Made by a program: the position numbers and the translations under genes. Positions 38,392-47,963 of a stretch of 58,197 bases of DNA are shown here, piece by piece. The notes beneath the pieces are model-generated. The model worked only from the letters and a program-made list of their open reading frames with translations, was not told the origin of the DNA and made no database searches. The stretch is from a virus (taxonomy: Duplodnaviria; Caudoviricetes): the IMG/VR virus record IMGVR_UViG_3300024981_000262, positions 1 through 58,197 of that record. One strand, given 5' to 3'. The stretch's first letter is position 1. Each line of letters begins with the position of its first letter.

Positions 38392-39096
38392 TTATCGTGT
38401 CCTCCACCGCATCATGCAGAGGACCGGATAGCGCACGATCTTCTCGGTGGGCTCCGCTGACGAAAGGATCGGTTGCCCCAGGGGACAAAACACTTCGATG
38501 TTCCTGACGCGGTCCATCTCGCGGTAGAAATGCACCGTGTACGGCAGTGCCACGCCGATCGACATATGGCCCAGGTGGGCGCGTGTCTCGGTTGCGGGGT
38601 TCACGACCTGGCTGTCGCCCATCGAGAGAATGGCAACGCCGTCGATGCGTATTTCCGGACGGCAGTAGTTTGGCTGCCAGTTCCCCATGATACCAAAGCG
38701 AAAGTGGGACGCAACGTAGGCGTCCGTCGGCGACGCCTGTGATGCGATGATCTCCGCGTTGTTCGCTGCATTCTGAAGCGGCGATCCGGAGAGCGTTGCA
38801 TCGTAGCCGATAAAGGTCGCCTGTTCCAGCATGACGCCCGTGTCGATGCCCACGACGTCGTCCTGCACTGATACGGGCATGAGGCGTGTCGAATACGGAT
38901 TCGCCTGCACAAGTCCTGTGCCCACCTGTGACGACGACTGTGCGCAGCGTTCCAGCTCCGCCGCATAGCCCGTTGGAGTATTGGCGACATGGCTGTAGCT
39001 ATACTCCTCATTCGCGTCGACAGTCGACATGAAAAGCAGCTCCCGCACATGCGGGTACTCGCGGACGATTTCCGGACGTAGACAGTCGGAGAGCAT
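38392..39096 (-). CDS. Beta-rich candidate virion protein (possible jelly-roll minor capsid/penton)
   Basis: TGATG overlap gives start MLSD at 39096; alternating beta-strand patterns; adjacent to the candidate MCPs. Confidence 0.5.
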   Translation of the reverse strand: MLSDCLRPEIVREYPHVRELLFMSTVDANEEYSYSHVANTPTGYAAELERCAQSSSQVGTGLVQANPYSTRLMPVSVQDDVVGIDTGVMLEQATFIGYDATLSGSPLQNAANNAEIIASQASPTDAYVASHFRFGIMGNWQPNYCRPEIRIDGVAILSMGDSQVVNPATETRAHLGHMSIGVALPYTVHFYREMDRVRNIEVFCPLGQPILSSAEPTEKIVRYPVLCMMRWRTR

Positions 39097-39542
39097 CACG
39101 CGCCCCTCCCGATACGGAATCCTGACAGGCTGAGCGTGAGCCAGATGGGGACGCCGAAGTTGGCCGCACCCACAAAAACGTGGCCGACGTCGACCGTCAG
39201 TACCGTTGCCGGTGGTAGTGTCCACCCAGGAAAGAGAAAGTCATCCGGAATGTCATTCCAGTCGTGGACGTCCATCGGATTGTCCATGTTGAGGACGCCG
39301 TTGCCGCGCCTGACGGAAACTTCCAGACGGTCCTGTGCGACCGTCGTCGGCACCATGCGAGCGAGGTTGCCGCCCATCACATAGAAGGCCGTGATTCTAT
39401 GCCGACGAATCCATACGCCTTGGTCACTGTCCACGTTGATCGTGAGCGTTGCTTTCTGTCCAGGCGCAGATATCGTCGCTCGCTTCACGTAGCTGTAGGG
39501 CGCATCCCATTGCACGCCCGGTGGTGGTTGTATGAAGTACAT
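39096..39542 (-). CDS. Candidate single-jelly-roll capsid protein (small, 148 aa)
   Basis: All-beta pattern YSY..TLTINVDSD..LEVSV..NPMD..FLFP.W.LPPATVLTVDV..IWLTLSLSGFRI, recalled as similar to halopanivirus-type small MCPs; fold unverified. Confidence 0.5.
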   Translation of the reverse strand: MYFIQPPPGVQWDAPYSYVKRATISAPGQKATLTINVDSDQGVWIRRHRITAFYVMGGNLARMVPTTVAQDRLEVSVRRGNGVLNMDNPMDVHDWNDIPDDFLFPGWTLPPATVLTVDVGHVFVGAANFGVPIWLTLSLSGFRIGRGA

Positions 39543-39709
39543 GGCTTCTCTGGTAAGTGAAGATTCTCTCCGGCCTATCCCGTACGCGCTTCTGCACACT
39601 GGCAGTAGTACCAGCCTGCGCCCACGCGCACGGAATCAGGGGATGCCGGAGATGCGGACGCGAAAAAGGGAACGCCAGCAAGAGGACATGTCCAGTCGTC
39701 GCACCAGGA

Positions 39710-40366
39710 TCATCCTTGTGCGACGAACTTCTCTTCGATGATGAGCTGAAGCATGATGAAAGCGGTCTTCCCCGCCTGTCCAGGGATCACGGGATCGGCA
39801 TCGGCTCCGGTATTCTTCGCTGCACCCAGGGCAAAGCCGGACGGGATCGTGAGATTCCATTCGGGCGATGATTTAGCCGCGATCTGAAGCGGCGTCGGCA
39901 GGATGAAGAAGCCGTTATTGAGGTTGGTATTGGGTTTGTCGACCGCTACCAAGGCACCGCCGTTGTTGACGAACATGTGCGGCACGAACTCGGAGACGGA
40001 CCCGGCGATACGGTCCTGACGGCGTTGGTACGTCAGACTGAAGTCGGAATTCAACTCAAACTGCTGCTGAATCTTGTTCTGGATGTCGACGGGTGTTGAT
40101 GCGAACCGGCAGCCGTGAATGATCTTCAGACCGATGATGTCGACCGCCGTTTCGTTCTGCGGAAATGCGTAGTTGGAGCCGACGCCGTCGATCATCGATT
40201 GCTGGAAGAATTTCTTGCTCGTCAGCATTTCACCGGCGGCGAAGTAGTGTGTCGAGCGAACGATCCTGAGCGCACGAGCTACCTTCTCGTCATCCTCGGC
40301 ATAGCCATATTGATCCATTGCCGCGCGTACGTCGCGGTTGGAGGAAAGAATCTGTGCTTGGGTCAT
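39710..40366 (-). CDS. Candidate single-jelly-roll major capsid protein (218 aa)
   Basis: Strong GAGGAG RBS; flanked by intergenic gaps; pattern YFAAG..KFFQ..SN..P..IIGLKI..FSLTY..FILPTPLQI..WNLTIP..IMLQL typical of SJR capsid proteins; fold unverified. Confidence 0.55.
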   Translation of the reverse strand: MTQAQILSSNRDVRAAMDQYGYAEDDEKVARALRIVRSTHYFAAGEMLTSKKFFQQSMIDGVGSNYAFPQNETAVDIIGLKIIHGCRFASTPVDIQNKIQQQFELNSDFSLTYQRRQDRIAGSVSEFVPHMFVNNGGALVAVDKPNTNLNNGFFILPTPLQIAAKSSPEWNLTIPSGFALGAAKNTGADADPVIPGQAGKTAFIMLQLIIEEKFVAQG

Positions 40367-40503
40367 GAAAGAACTCCTCGAAAAAAATGGGATAGCGAAA
40401 ACGGTCGTCCCATGTCCGTGAAGAGTCCCATGTCAAGAGATGCGCCGGGCAATAGCGCAGGTTGTTGTCAGGTGCAAGGGCAATGCACGCGGTGGATGCT
40501 GCT

Positions 40504-40551
40504 TGATCGTTCAGTTACTTCATGATCGTTCATGATGCCACATGATCGTTC
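40504..40551. repeat. Three TGATCGTTC direct repeats upstream of the candidate MCP
   Basis: Copies at 40504, 40523 and 40543. Confidence 0.75.
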
Positions 40552-40581
40552 GCACGGTGTATCAGGGTCGTCGGGTGGACA

Positions 40582-41361
40582 CTATGTCATGCCATGTGTC
40601 CATCCTGCATTGAAGGGCTGATTGTAGTGCGCGCGTACGCGCGCCCGCTTCGGCGTATACTGGTCGGCAAGGTGCGGCGCGGAAAGCGTTCGTCCATATC
40701 CATCGGTAAGCGTGCCAGGAGGCACGTTCTGATTCGTTGACATAGGCTGCTGGTTCATTGCGGTAGGCTGCTGAATCATTGTGGTAGGCTGAGCGATGCC
40801 CACCGACGCGGCAGACGGACTAGGCGGGAATGCGGCGATCTGTTCTCCGGCGACCGTCCGTAGAACCGTACCGGGGGGCAATAGCGGCGCGTCGTCCGAC
40901 ATGCTCGATGTCACGATCGTCGGATCGAACCGATAGGCGTACTTCTTGAGGTATTTCAGGAACAAGGGGTCTTGGATCTTGGCATACGTCAGATGTGCCA
41001 TCGCCGCGCCGAGAGTACCCGCCATGTACGCAGGCGACAGCAACACGCCGCCAAGGAGGAGGTTCGCCGCGACCGATGTCAGAAACCCCTTCCATCCCGT
41101 GAGGTCAACGCCGAAGCCTGCTTCGATCGCCGTCGGCAGCGTGACGTACATGAGACCACCGACGACAGCAAGGCTATGGTCGGTCCATGCAGGACGCGTT
41201 GCCGTCGTGATCTTGAGGTTGTCCATACCGGTCCACATGAGCGTGCTGAGACGCCCGGCCCCTGGCCTGCGTGCCCTCACGGGAAGCGGCCGTTCGGTCC
41301 CTATGAGGAGCGGTCTTCGTGTCCTCACCGGGGTGCGTCGTGGTGCTATTGCCGTTGACAT
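40582..41361 (-). CDS. Membrane protein with basic N-terminus and Gln/Pro-rich tail
   Basis: Two to three hydrophobic helices; MSDD, LTDG and LADQ motifs in the tail. Confidence 0.7.
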   Translation of the reverse strand: MSTAIAPRRTPVRTRRPLLIGTERPLPVRARRPGAGRLSTLMWTGMDNLKITTATRPAWTDHSLAVVGGLMYVTLPTAIEAGFGVDLTGWKGFLTSVAANLLLGGVLLSPAYMAGTLGAAMAHLTYAKIQDPLFLKYLKKYAYRFDPTIVTSSMSDDAPLLPPGTVLRTVAGEQIAAFPPSPSAASVGIAQPTTMIQQPTAMNQQPMSTNQNVPPGTLTDGYGRTLSAPHLADQYTPKRARVRAHYNQPFNAGWTHGMT

Positions 41362-41422
41362 GTCTGTCTTTCAGGTGGATTCATGATCTGTGACGTACGT
41401 CTTTCGCAGGGCGATGCGCTTG

Positions 41423-41965
41423 TCATTTCGCTGTCACCATGCCCGTAACGATACCTGCCGCAACACCGACGAGGGCCGAGGCGACAACGCGGCGCAATCC
41501 TTTCGGGGGCTTCTTCATTCGTCCCGTCAGAGCGTAGGTCACGCCGCCGCCCACGACGGCCCCGCCGATGCCCCACGGCGTAATGATGCTTCCGGCGACG
41601 GCCGCCGCCGCCTCGGTTGCTCCCGAAGCGTTCGTGGTGGCCTCCTTTTTCGCAGTCGTCTGCGTGCTGCCGGACGTGGTATTTCCTGTAGTCGCAGGCG
41701 GCAGTCCTGCGCCCTGGCGTGCGGCGTCGATGCCCTGCTGTGCTGCGGTTTGGATGGTTTCCAGAACACGCTCACCGGCAACGGTGCGGATTGCTTCTTC
41801 GGCAGGTGCCTTGACGCTGTCGATGATGTCCTGTCCCGTACGCTGCACGCCGTCAGGTAGAAGGTTCGCACCCGTTTCCAGGATACTCTGGAAGTCCATG
41901 TCAAGACCGGAGAGCCCTGGATACAGGCTTCGGTTCTGAAGTGATGTGCCGTAGGTCATGTTCAT
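41423..41965 (-). CDS. Membrane protein with C-terminal TM hairpin
   Basis: WGIGGAVVGGGVTYAL and VVASALVGVAAGIVTGMV; AAGGA RBS. Confidence 0.7.
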   Translation of the reverse strand: MNMTYGTSLQNRSLYPGLSGLDMDFQSILETGANLLPDGVQRTGQDIIDSVKAPAEEAIRTVAGERVLETIQTAAQQGIDAARQGAGLPPATTGNTTSGSTQTTAKKEATTNASGATEAAAAVAGSIITPWGIGGAVVGGGVTYALTGRMKKPPKGLRRVVASALVGVAAGIVTGMVTAK

Positions 41966-42009
41966 GTCGTCATCCTTTCATGTTCATCATTCGCAGGGTA
42001 TCATACTTG

Positions 42010-45000
42010 TCACGCACAAGGTTCTTCGCATTCGTCATTCGCGCGTTGCGTGCCTGCCGGTAAGGGACCGTAGACATAGCGCTCATGCCGCTCGACCAGG
42101 GTTGGGCAATCCTCACACTCCCGTCCTTCATACGTCCGCGTTCTCTCGACGGGACGCCGAGGCGGTGGCGGCTGTGTCCCTGGCTTGTACGGTGGTTCGG
42201 TGGACTTGTACGGCGGTTCGGTGGGTTTGTACGGTGGTTCGGTGGACTTGTACGGTGGTTCGGTGGGCTTGTACGGTGGTTCGGTGGGCGGCATAGGACG
42301 AAGTGGCGGCAGGCTACTGCTCGGCAGCTTCTGCATACTCTCCCGCACGTCATCTAGATGCCGATTGAGTCCCGCAATCTCTTCTTCGTATCTCGCCTGC
42401 TGATACCGCCATTCGGCCTGCGCCCGTTCGAGAGCTTGCAGGATGTCCGTCGTGCCGCCTGTCGTACGGATTGCCGTCCGCAGTTCGTCAATGTGCCGGG
42501 CATACGCCGTGTCCATCTTCGCGGCATTCTCACGCAGAAGCGTAAGATCTTCCTGCGATTTCCGAATCGACGTCGTCATCATCGCCGACGTCGACTGTAG
42601 TTCCAGAAGAAGGCGCGTGATCTCGTCAAGGCGCGGGTCCGTCGGCGGCACGGGGCAGTCAGGCCGTGAGGCCATTTCCGCACGCAGGCCCTGCACGAGG
42701 CGGGTCACGTCATCGTAGCGATAGTCCACGGCGGTCGTCACGCGCGTTGTGGCTTCGCCGATCAACTTTTCGAGCGTCGCCATGTAGGCCGCGAAGGAGT
42801 CCGCCCGTGCGGGCCCTTCACGGGAGAACGCAAGCGTCCGAATCTCCCCCAGGAGGCGCACCACCTCGTCCCACCTGTAGTCACAGTTCTGCGCTGCCTT
42901 CTCTTGACCGGCGGCAGGAGTGTCTTGGGATGGGCGTACGAGAATGGCGTCCAGGCTCCGCTGGATCGCCGTGAAGTAGTCATCATACGTGCCCTTTGGA
43001 AGAGCCGTACGAATAGCGTCCAGGGCAGTGTCCAGGCGGCTGAAGCGGTCCGTATAATCGCGTGACTCCGCTACGCGGATCGCCGCAATACGGCGTTCCA
43101 GTTCGTCGAAGCGTGCGTCGTAGTCCCGCACGCCGTCGTTCTTCATTGCCGTGATGAGTTGTCGTATGGCCGCAAACTCGCTGTCGTAGTTCCGAAGCGT
43201 ATTCTGCTCGATGCGCGCGAGTACCGCGAGAATAGGAGCCAGGTCAATGTCCCGGCACGACGGGCAGACCTTCGGCATCTGGCCGATGAGCGTGGAAAGC
43301 TCCCGGAACGTCTCGTCGTAGTTCGTTCCGGTCGCTGTCCGGATTTCGGCAAGTGTGCGCTGCACGCTCTCGAAATACGGCCTGTAGTCAACGGCTGCTT
43401 GCACGGCAGGCGTTCCCCCTTGCAGGACGACCGGCGGCGGAAGAACGATGGCACGGATCATCGCCTCGATGCTGTCGAACCGAGGGTCGTAGTTCCGCGT
43501 CTCGCACTGCTGGCACCGTGCTTCGACGACGCGCTTGAGGTCCATGATGTCACGCCGGAGCGCGGCATCGTCGTACGTCCCCGGAATGCGTAGTTCACGG
43601 ACGGCACGCTCCAGATCACCGATGCGGACGAGAAGAGCCGCATCGTCATACTGCGTCGGTTGCATGGGAAGCTGTGAGCGGATGAACGCCAGGTCGCGCC
43701 GGATGTCGCTGACGTCGACCTTCTCACCTGCGCCGCACCGCAAGACCCCTTCCATGATTTTCTGAACGTCAAGGGACAGGTTTCGCTGCTGCTCACTCAT
43801 AGCCTGCTGCTGCTCACGTATTGCCGTCACGAGCGTCCGTGTCTGGCGCGCTTCGGCGGTTGCCTCGCCGACGGCCCTGCGAAGCTCAGCCAGTTCACGG
43901 CTGGTCTCCTGGCAGCATCCGTCATCCGTCCGGGGGCAACAGTCAACGATCTCCGTCCAGCGCGCGCCGATAAGCGCGTGCCACTGCGGATACGGGACGT
44001 CCGAATACCGTGCTTCATACATGACCGTGCATGAAGGAAGCACCGCACTCTCGCGCGCATCCATTGGTAGTGTAGACGCATCCTTCGGTCCTGATGGCAC
44101 GTCCAGTTGCTGCATCGCTCTTTCGATCGCAGGAAGCGGTCCGCCGCCGGGCAAGGTCTGAATGTCCGAGAGCCCTGCGCGTACAGGTTCAGCCCGCTGA
44201 CCCACGCGCATCGCCTCGAACATCTCCGGCGACATGACGGTACCCGCGATGATGCTGCGCGTGTCCACCGCCTGGAACATCGTTGGCGACGGAACCCAGC
44301 CATTGCCGGACGGCTGCATGGCACGCGCCTCGAACTGTCCCCACTGAAGAGTCCCAACGCTGCGCGTTGCCCGTAGCTCGAAGGCCCCCCCATTGCTGTT
44401 CGTCAGTTGAATCGTCGCTTGTTCGGTTCCCTGCGTCTGTGGAACGGGCCTTGCCTCACTTCCCGGCCGCACGCCGCAGTATGGCGGCGGACAGTAGCGG
44501 TAGACCCCGCTGGTGACACGGATGCAGGACGGCAGAACGTCAGGGCCACGAGCAGGGATCGGTCCATCATATCGAGGGATACCCTGGTCATCCCGGCCCA
44601 TTGGCCCCGCCCCAGGGCCTACGCCTGGTCCCGTGCCGGTACGTTCCCCTCCGCCCGTCGTGCCCGGGGCGTCCGCGCCGCTGTTCGGCAGTACGGGCCG
44701 CTCGACACAACAACCGTCACTGTCGCGGTACTGTTCAGGGGGACACGGCGCAAGCGTCTTCGGGTCAACGCACGAGCCGCAGACATACTTCTTCGGCGTG
44801 CAGCACTCAAGGCCCGTGACAACACGCACCTCATGGGCGAAGCACTCGGCCTTGTCCTTCTGCATCGTGATGGGAAGAGAGAAGTCCCAGCCCCGGCGTG
44901 CGAAGTCATCGGCCTTGTTCAGGAGACTACTGAGGACAAGGCCATCCAACGCGCCATCGATCACTTGTTTGCCGGTAGCAAGACCCGCCAGGGCTGAATG

Positions 45001-47409
45001 CACGACGGCATCGGTTACGTCCTGACGGAAGATGTCGGCGACCTTCAGGATGTTGCCCGCGACCTTGTTGACTCCGGGCACGAGCGCAAGAAGCGAGGCG
45101 GACGCCTTTGTAAGAAGAAGTTCCTGCACGTACGGTATCTGCGTTGCCGATTTGGTGATCGACGTCGCATCGGCGACGAGATGAGCGAAGGTCGATTCCA
45201 CGCCCTGTTGAAGGCTGATGAGGCTGCCCATCGCCTGCGCCGACCAACTGTCGGCAATGCCATGAACCGTCGAGCGCACGTCACCGAGCGCGCCATTCCA
45301 CCAGCGGTCCACTTCCGACGCGGCATTCCGAATCCAGCGTTCTTCATCGGCGAACTCGCGTTGCACCGCCGACGTTACCTCCGGGAACTGACGCCCGAAC
45401 TCCCGTGCGACGGCAAGAGCCGCCTGCAGGCCGCTTTGCCCACGGCTTGCCTGCAACGTTCTGTAGACGGCATTGGCACGCTGTGACGTGCTTTGGATGT
45501 CGCGGAACACGCTGGCATCGACACCGAAGGGCTTCTCACCCAGGACGCCAGAGCCGAGAGCCGCAGCGATACCGTTCGTGAGCGTGAACGCCACGTCGAT
45601 CGCCGTACCCTGTGCCGCGCGAATCGTGTCGATCGTCGTCGACACGACGTTGAAGATGGGACCCACGCCTGGAATGAGGCCGGAGATGACACGCAAGGGG
45701 CCACGTACGGCATCCCATACCGTGATCGGATCGCCGCGCCAGACGATGACAAGATTCTGCCCCGCACGGTCCTTCGCACGCTTGTCCCATTCGAGGAGAA
45801 GATCGAAGAGACTGATGTCGAAGCCGTTCTCCGAGATGTCGCCGAACTTGTAGCTGTAGAACGGATCCCGTGCGTCGAGACGCTTCTGGTTGAAACCGAT
45901 GCCCCGTAGCACGTACATGGCGTAGTACGACCCTTGCCGGTCGAGGACACCGTCAAGTGAAGATTCAGGGAAGAACATCTTCGGTCCTTCCGGATGCAGC
46001 CACCGGCCAAGCCGCTCGGCCCATCCGCCGCCCGTGCCATCCGAGAATCGTGTACGGTCGATGCTGACGATACGGGGATTGGGGCCCCATAGGGAGAACT
46101 GCTCGAAGATCCTGAACATCTCCGACGATTCGCTGAGGATGAACGCATTGCAGTTATCCAGGCGAATCATGGGGACGTAGTCGTAGACGGCCTTTGCCCG
46201 TTGGCTGTAGCCGCGTCCCATATGATCGTTACGGGTGATGACCGAGGACATGAGCGCTTCGCATACGCCGTAGTCCCGCAGGTCCTGCGGCGTCACGACG
46301 CCGTCCGTGGTCGCAAACCGCAGGACGGTGCGTGGGCCCTGTCCGTCGTGGGGGTCGCACGCCGATTTCAGAAGAAACGTCTCCTTGCACGGCGGTGCGT
46401 CGGTGGGCGGCGCGGCGTCCGGCGGCAGAAGCGAGACGCCGCGCTTGTACCTGACCCAACATCCGTCAGGTGATACCTGGGCGTCGTTCGCACCCGGACG
46501 CGTCTGCACGGTGCCATTCGGCAGCGTGCGAGGATAGACGTTGCTGAAGAGTTGCCAGTCCTGATACTGGTCGTCATCAGGCGCAGCGGGGGGCGGCGTC
46601 ATGATGTCGCACGCCGGGGGGCTCGGCACCGGAAGACGCGATACTTCACAGACGATGTCCACGCCGAGACACGCCCTGTAGCCTTCGGGAATGACCGGCA
46701 TGGCCGCGAGGTTGCACATGCGGTGGAAGTAGACGAACCGCCATCCTGCAATGGCCGCGCCTGCGTAGTTCCGCGCCGCATCGCCGGACTTCGTGAACGG
46801 ACGGGATACATACCGCTCATACGCGGCACGGCTGTACGTCACGGTCACGAAGGCTTTAGGGTTTCCGCTTCCGCCGCTTACGGTGGTATTGGCTTCGACC
46901 GTCGTGATATAGTGGGCATCCGTCATCGGCGTTTCGATGACGATGCCCGCATGGTTGTGGCCTGCGTCGTTCGACGCACGGCAGAACATTGCGCCCACTT
47001 CCGGCTCGCGGCCCGTCGGCACGATGCCCGCGCGCTCGATCTCCATGAGCGTCCTGTAGACGTTGCCGTAGAGCGTGCGTTCGCGATTCCCGGATCCCGC
47101 CGCCGGGCGTGTCGGAAAACCGTGAATACAGGCCGTGCCGGAACGTGCCGCGAGGTCGAATGCCGTGCGAATGATCGCATATGCGCCGACAACGCAGTAG
47201 CTGCCGTAGTTGCCGTACGGATGGTAGCAGCTCCACAGTTCATCGGTCCAGACGTCGCGGTTGTTCTTCGCCGATTCGACGAAGCGCGTCGCGGCATACG
47301 ACCGGGCGACGCAGACGATAAGGCTGGCCATCGGGGAAAGGTCCGAAAGGTCCGAAAGCGGAGCGTTCGCCGTAGGCCGCCTGGGTGATATGGTCATGGC
47401 TCCCATCAT
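42010..47409 (-). CDS. Giant virion protein: N-terminal CHAP-like amidase, Cys-rich segments, segmented coiled-coil stalk, EPPYK repeats
   Basis: YCVVGAY (Cys), HNHAGIV (His), TVEANT; repeated [N/D/T]YD..F..I/L coiled-coil units; TEPPYK[P/S] x5. Confidence 0.75.
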   Translation of the reverse strand: MMGAMTISPRRPTANAPLSDLSDLSPMASLIVCVARSYAATRFVESAKNNRDVWTDELWSCYHPYGNYGSYCVVGAYAIIRTAFDLAARSGTACIHGFPTRPAAGSGNRERTLYGNVYRTLMEIERAGIVPTGREPEVGAMFCRASNDAGHNHAGIVIETPMTDAHYITTVEANTTVSGGSGNPKAFVTVTYSRAAYERYVSRPFTKSGDAARNYAGAAIAGWRFVYFHRMCNLAAMPVIPEGYRACLGVDIVCEVSRLPVPSPPACDIMTPPPAAPDDDQYQDWQLFSNVYPRTLPNGTVQTRPGANDAQVSPDGCWVRYKRGVSLLPPDAAPPTDAPPCKETFLLKSACDPHDGQGPRTVLRFATTDGVVTPQDLRDYGVCEALMSSVITRNDHMGRGYSQRAKAVYDYVPMIRLDNCNAFILSESSEMFRIFEQFSLWGPNPRIVSIDRTRFSDGTGGGWAERLGRWLHPEGPKMFFPESSLDGVLDRQGSYYAMYVLRGIGFNQKRLDARDPFYSYKFGDISENGFDISLFDLLLEWDKRAKDRAGQNLVIVWRGDPITVWDAVRGPLRVISGLIPGVGPIFNVVSTTIDTIRAAQGTAIDVAFTLTNGIAAALGSGVLGEKPFGVDASVFRDIQSTSQRANAVYRTLQASRGQSGLQAALAVAREFGRQFPEVTSAVQREFADEERWIRNAASEVDRWWNGALGDVRSTVHGIADSWSAQAMGSLISLQQGVESTFAHLVADATSITKSATQIPYVQELLLTKASASLLALVPGVNKVAGNILKVADIFRQDVTDAVVHSALAGLATGKQVIDGALDGLVLSSLLNKADDFARRGWDFSLPITMQKDKAECFAHEVRVVTGLECCTPKKYVCGSCVDPKTLAPCPPEQYRDSDGCCVERPVLPNSGADAPGTTGGGERTGTGPGVGPGAGPMGRDDQGIPRYDGPIPARGPDVLPSCIRVTSGVYRYCPPPYCGVRPGSEARPVPQTQGTEQATIQLTNSNGGAFELRATRSVGTLQWGQFEARAMQPSGNGWVPSPTMFQAVDTRSIIAGTVMSPEMFEAMRVGQRAEPVRAGLSDIQTLPGGGPLPAIERAMQQLDVPSGPKDASTLPMDARESAVLPSCTVMYEARYSDVPYPQWHALIGARWTEIVDCCPRTDDGCCQETSRELAELRRAVGEATAEARQTRTLVTAIREQQQAMSEQQRNLSLDVQKIMEGVLRCGAGEKVDVSDIRRDLAFIRSQLPMQPTQYDDAALLVRIGDLERAVRELRIPGTYDDAALRRDIMDLKRVVEARCQQCETRNYDPRFDSIEAMIRAIVLPPPVVLQGGTPAVQAAVDYRPYFESVQRTLAEIRTATGTNYDETFRELSTLIGQMPKVCPSCRDIDLAPILAVLARIEQNTLRNYDSEFAAIRQLITAMKNDGVRDYDARFDELERRIAAIRVAESRDYTDRFSRLDTALDAIRTALPKGTYDDYFTAIQRSLDAILVRPSQDTPAAGQEKAAQNCDYRWDEVVRLLGEIRTLAFSREGPARADSFAAYMATLEKLIGEATTRVTTAVDYRYDDVTRLVQGLRAEMASRPDCPVPPTDPRLDEITRLLLELQSTSAMMTTSIRKSQEDLTLLRENAAKMDTAYARHIDELRTAIRTTGGTTDILQALERAQAEWRYQQARYEEEIAGLNRHLDDVRESMQKLPSSSLPPLRPMPPTEPPYKPTEPPYKSTEPPYKPTEPPYKSTEPPYKPGTQPPPPRRPVERTRTYEGRECEDCPTLVERHERYVYGPLPAGTQRANDECEEPCA
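42181..42285 (-). repeat. Five tandem 21-bp repeats encoding TEPPYK[P/S]
   Basis: Unit xxxCTTGTACGGTGGTTCGGT on the + strand. Confidence 0.92.
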
Positions 47410-47963
47410 CGGCGCGCCGTTCCCTCGAATGATGGCCGTACTGCGGCTGCTGGAACCGTGCGCACGCGGTCAACGGGGTGCATGACGTCGCGGTTCGTGA
47501 AGACGCGCCGCAGGCGATCCCACACGACATTGAACGGCTTGTACTGTACTCTCTCGACGATCCGGTCGCGAGGAATGAAGACCGGGCGATATTCGACCTG
47601 ACGTTTGGCTGTTGGGGGCCGTTGGGGACCCTCGAACGATGGTTTGCCAAGCCCGCTACGTGTCAGCTCTTCCCGGAGAATGCGCCGCACATCCGGCACG
47701 TCTTGTTGTTTCGGGGTCTCTCGCTCCACATGCTGCACGACAGGCGGCATGGTATCGGGGGGCGCGCTTTCGCTGTGCTGTCTGGACGACCCCACGGATG
47801 CATTGCTGCCCGTGTTCACGTTGACGTTCACATTGACGTCGCCACGGCCACAGTTTCGGCATGGCTTCGCTGCTGCGCCGAGTCCTGGAATCGGCGTGAA
47901 CGCGTAGCGGTTGTCCATCGCCCGTGGCAATTGGGGACCGTCAGCCAGATACTGAATAATCAT
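47406..47963 (-). CDS. Hypothetical protein (CxxC, VNVNVNVN)
   Basis: ATGA overlaps on both sides; QYLADG near the N-terminus. Confidence 0.7.
   Translation of the reverse strand: MIIQYLADGPQLPRAMDNRYAFTPIPGLGAAAKPCRNCGRGDVNVNVNVNTGSNASVGSSRQHSESAPPDTMPPVVQHVERETPKQQDVPDVRRILREELTRSGLGKPSFEGPQRPPTAKRQVEYRPVFIPRDRIVERVQYKPFNVVWDRLRRVFTNRDVMHPVDRVRTVPAAAVRPSFEGTARR

Noticed and set aside
42181-42285. CRISPR array
   Set aside because: Contiguous in-frame 21-bp coding repeats with no spacers and no cas genes
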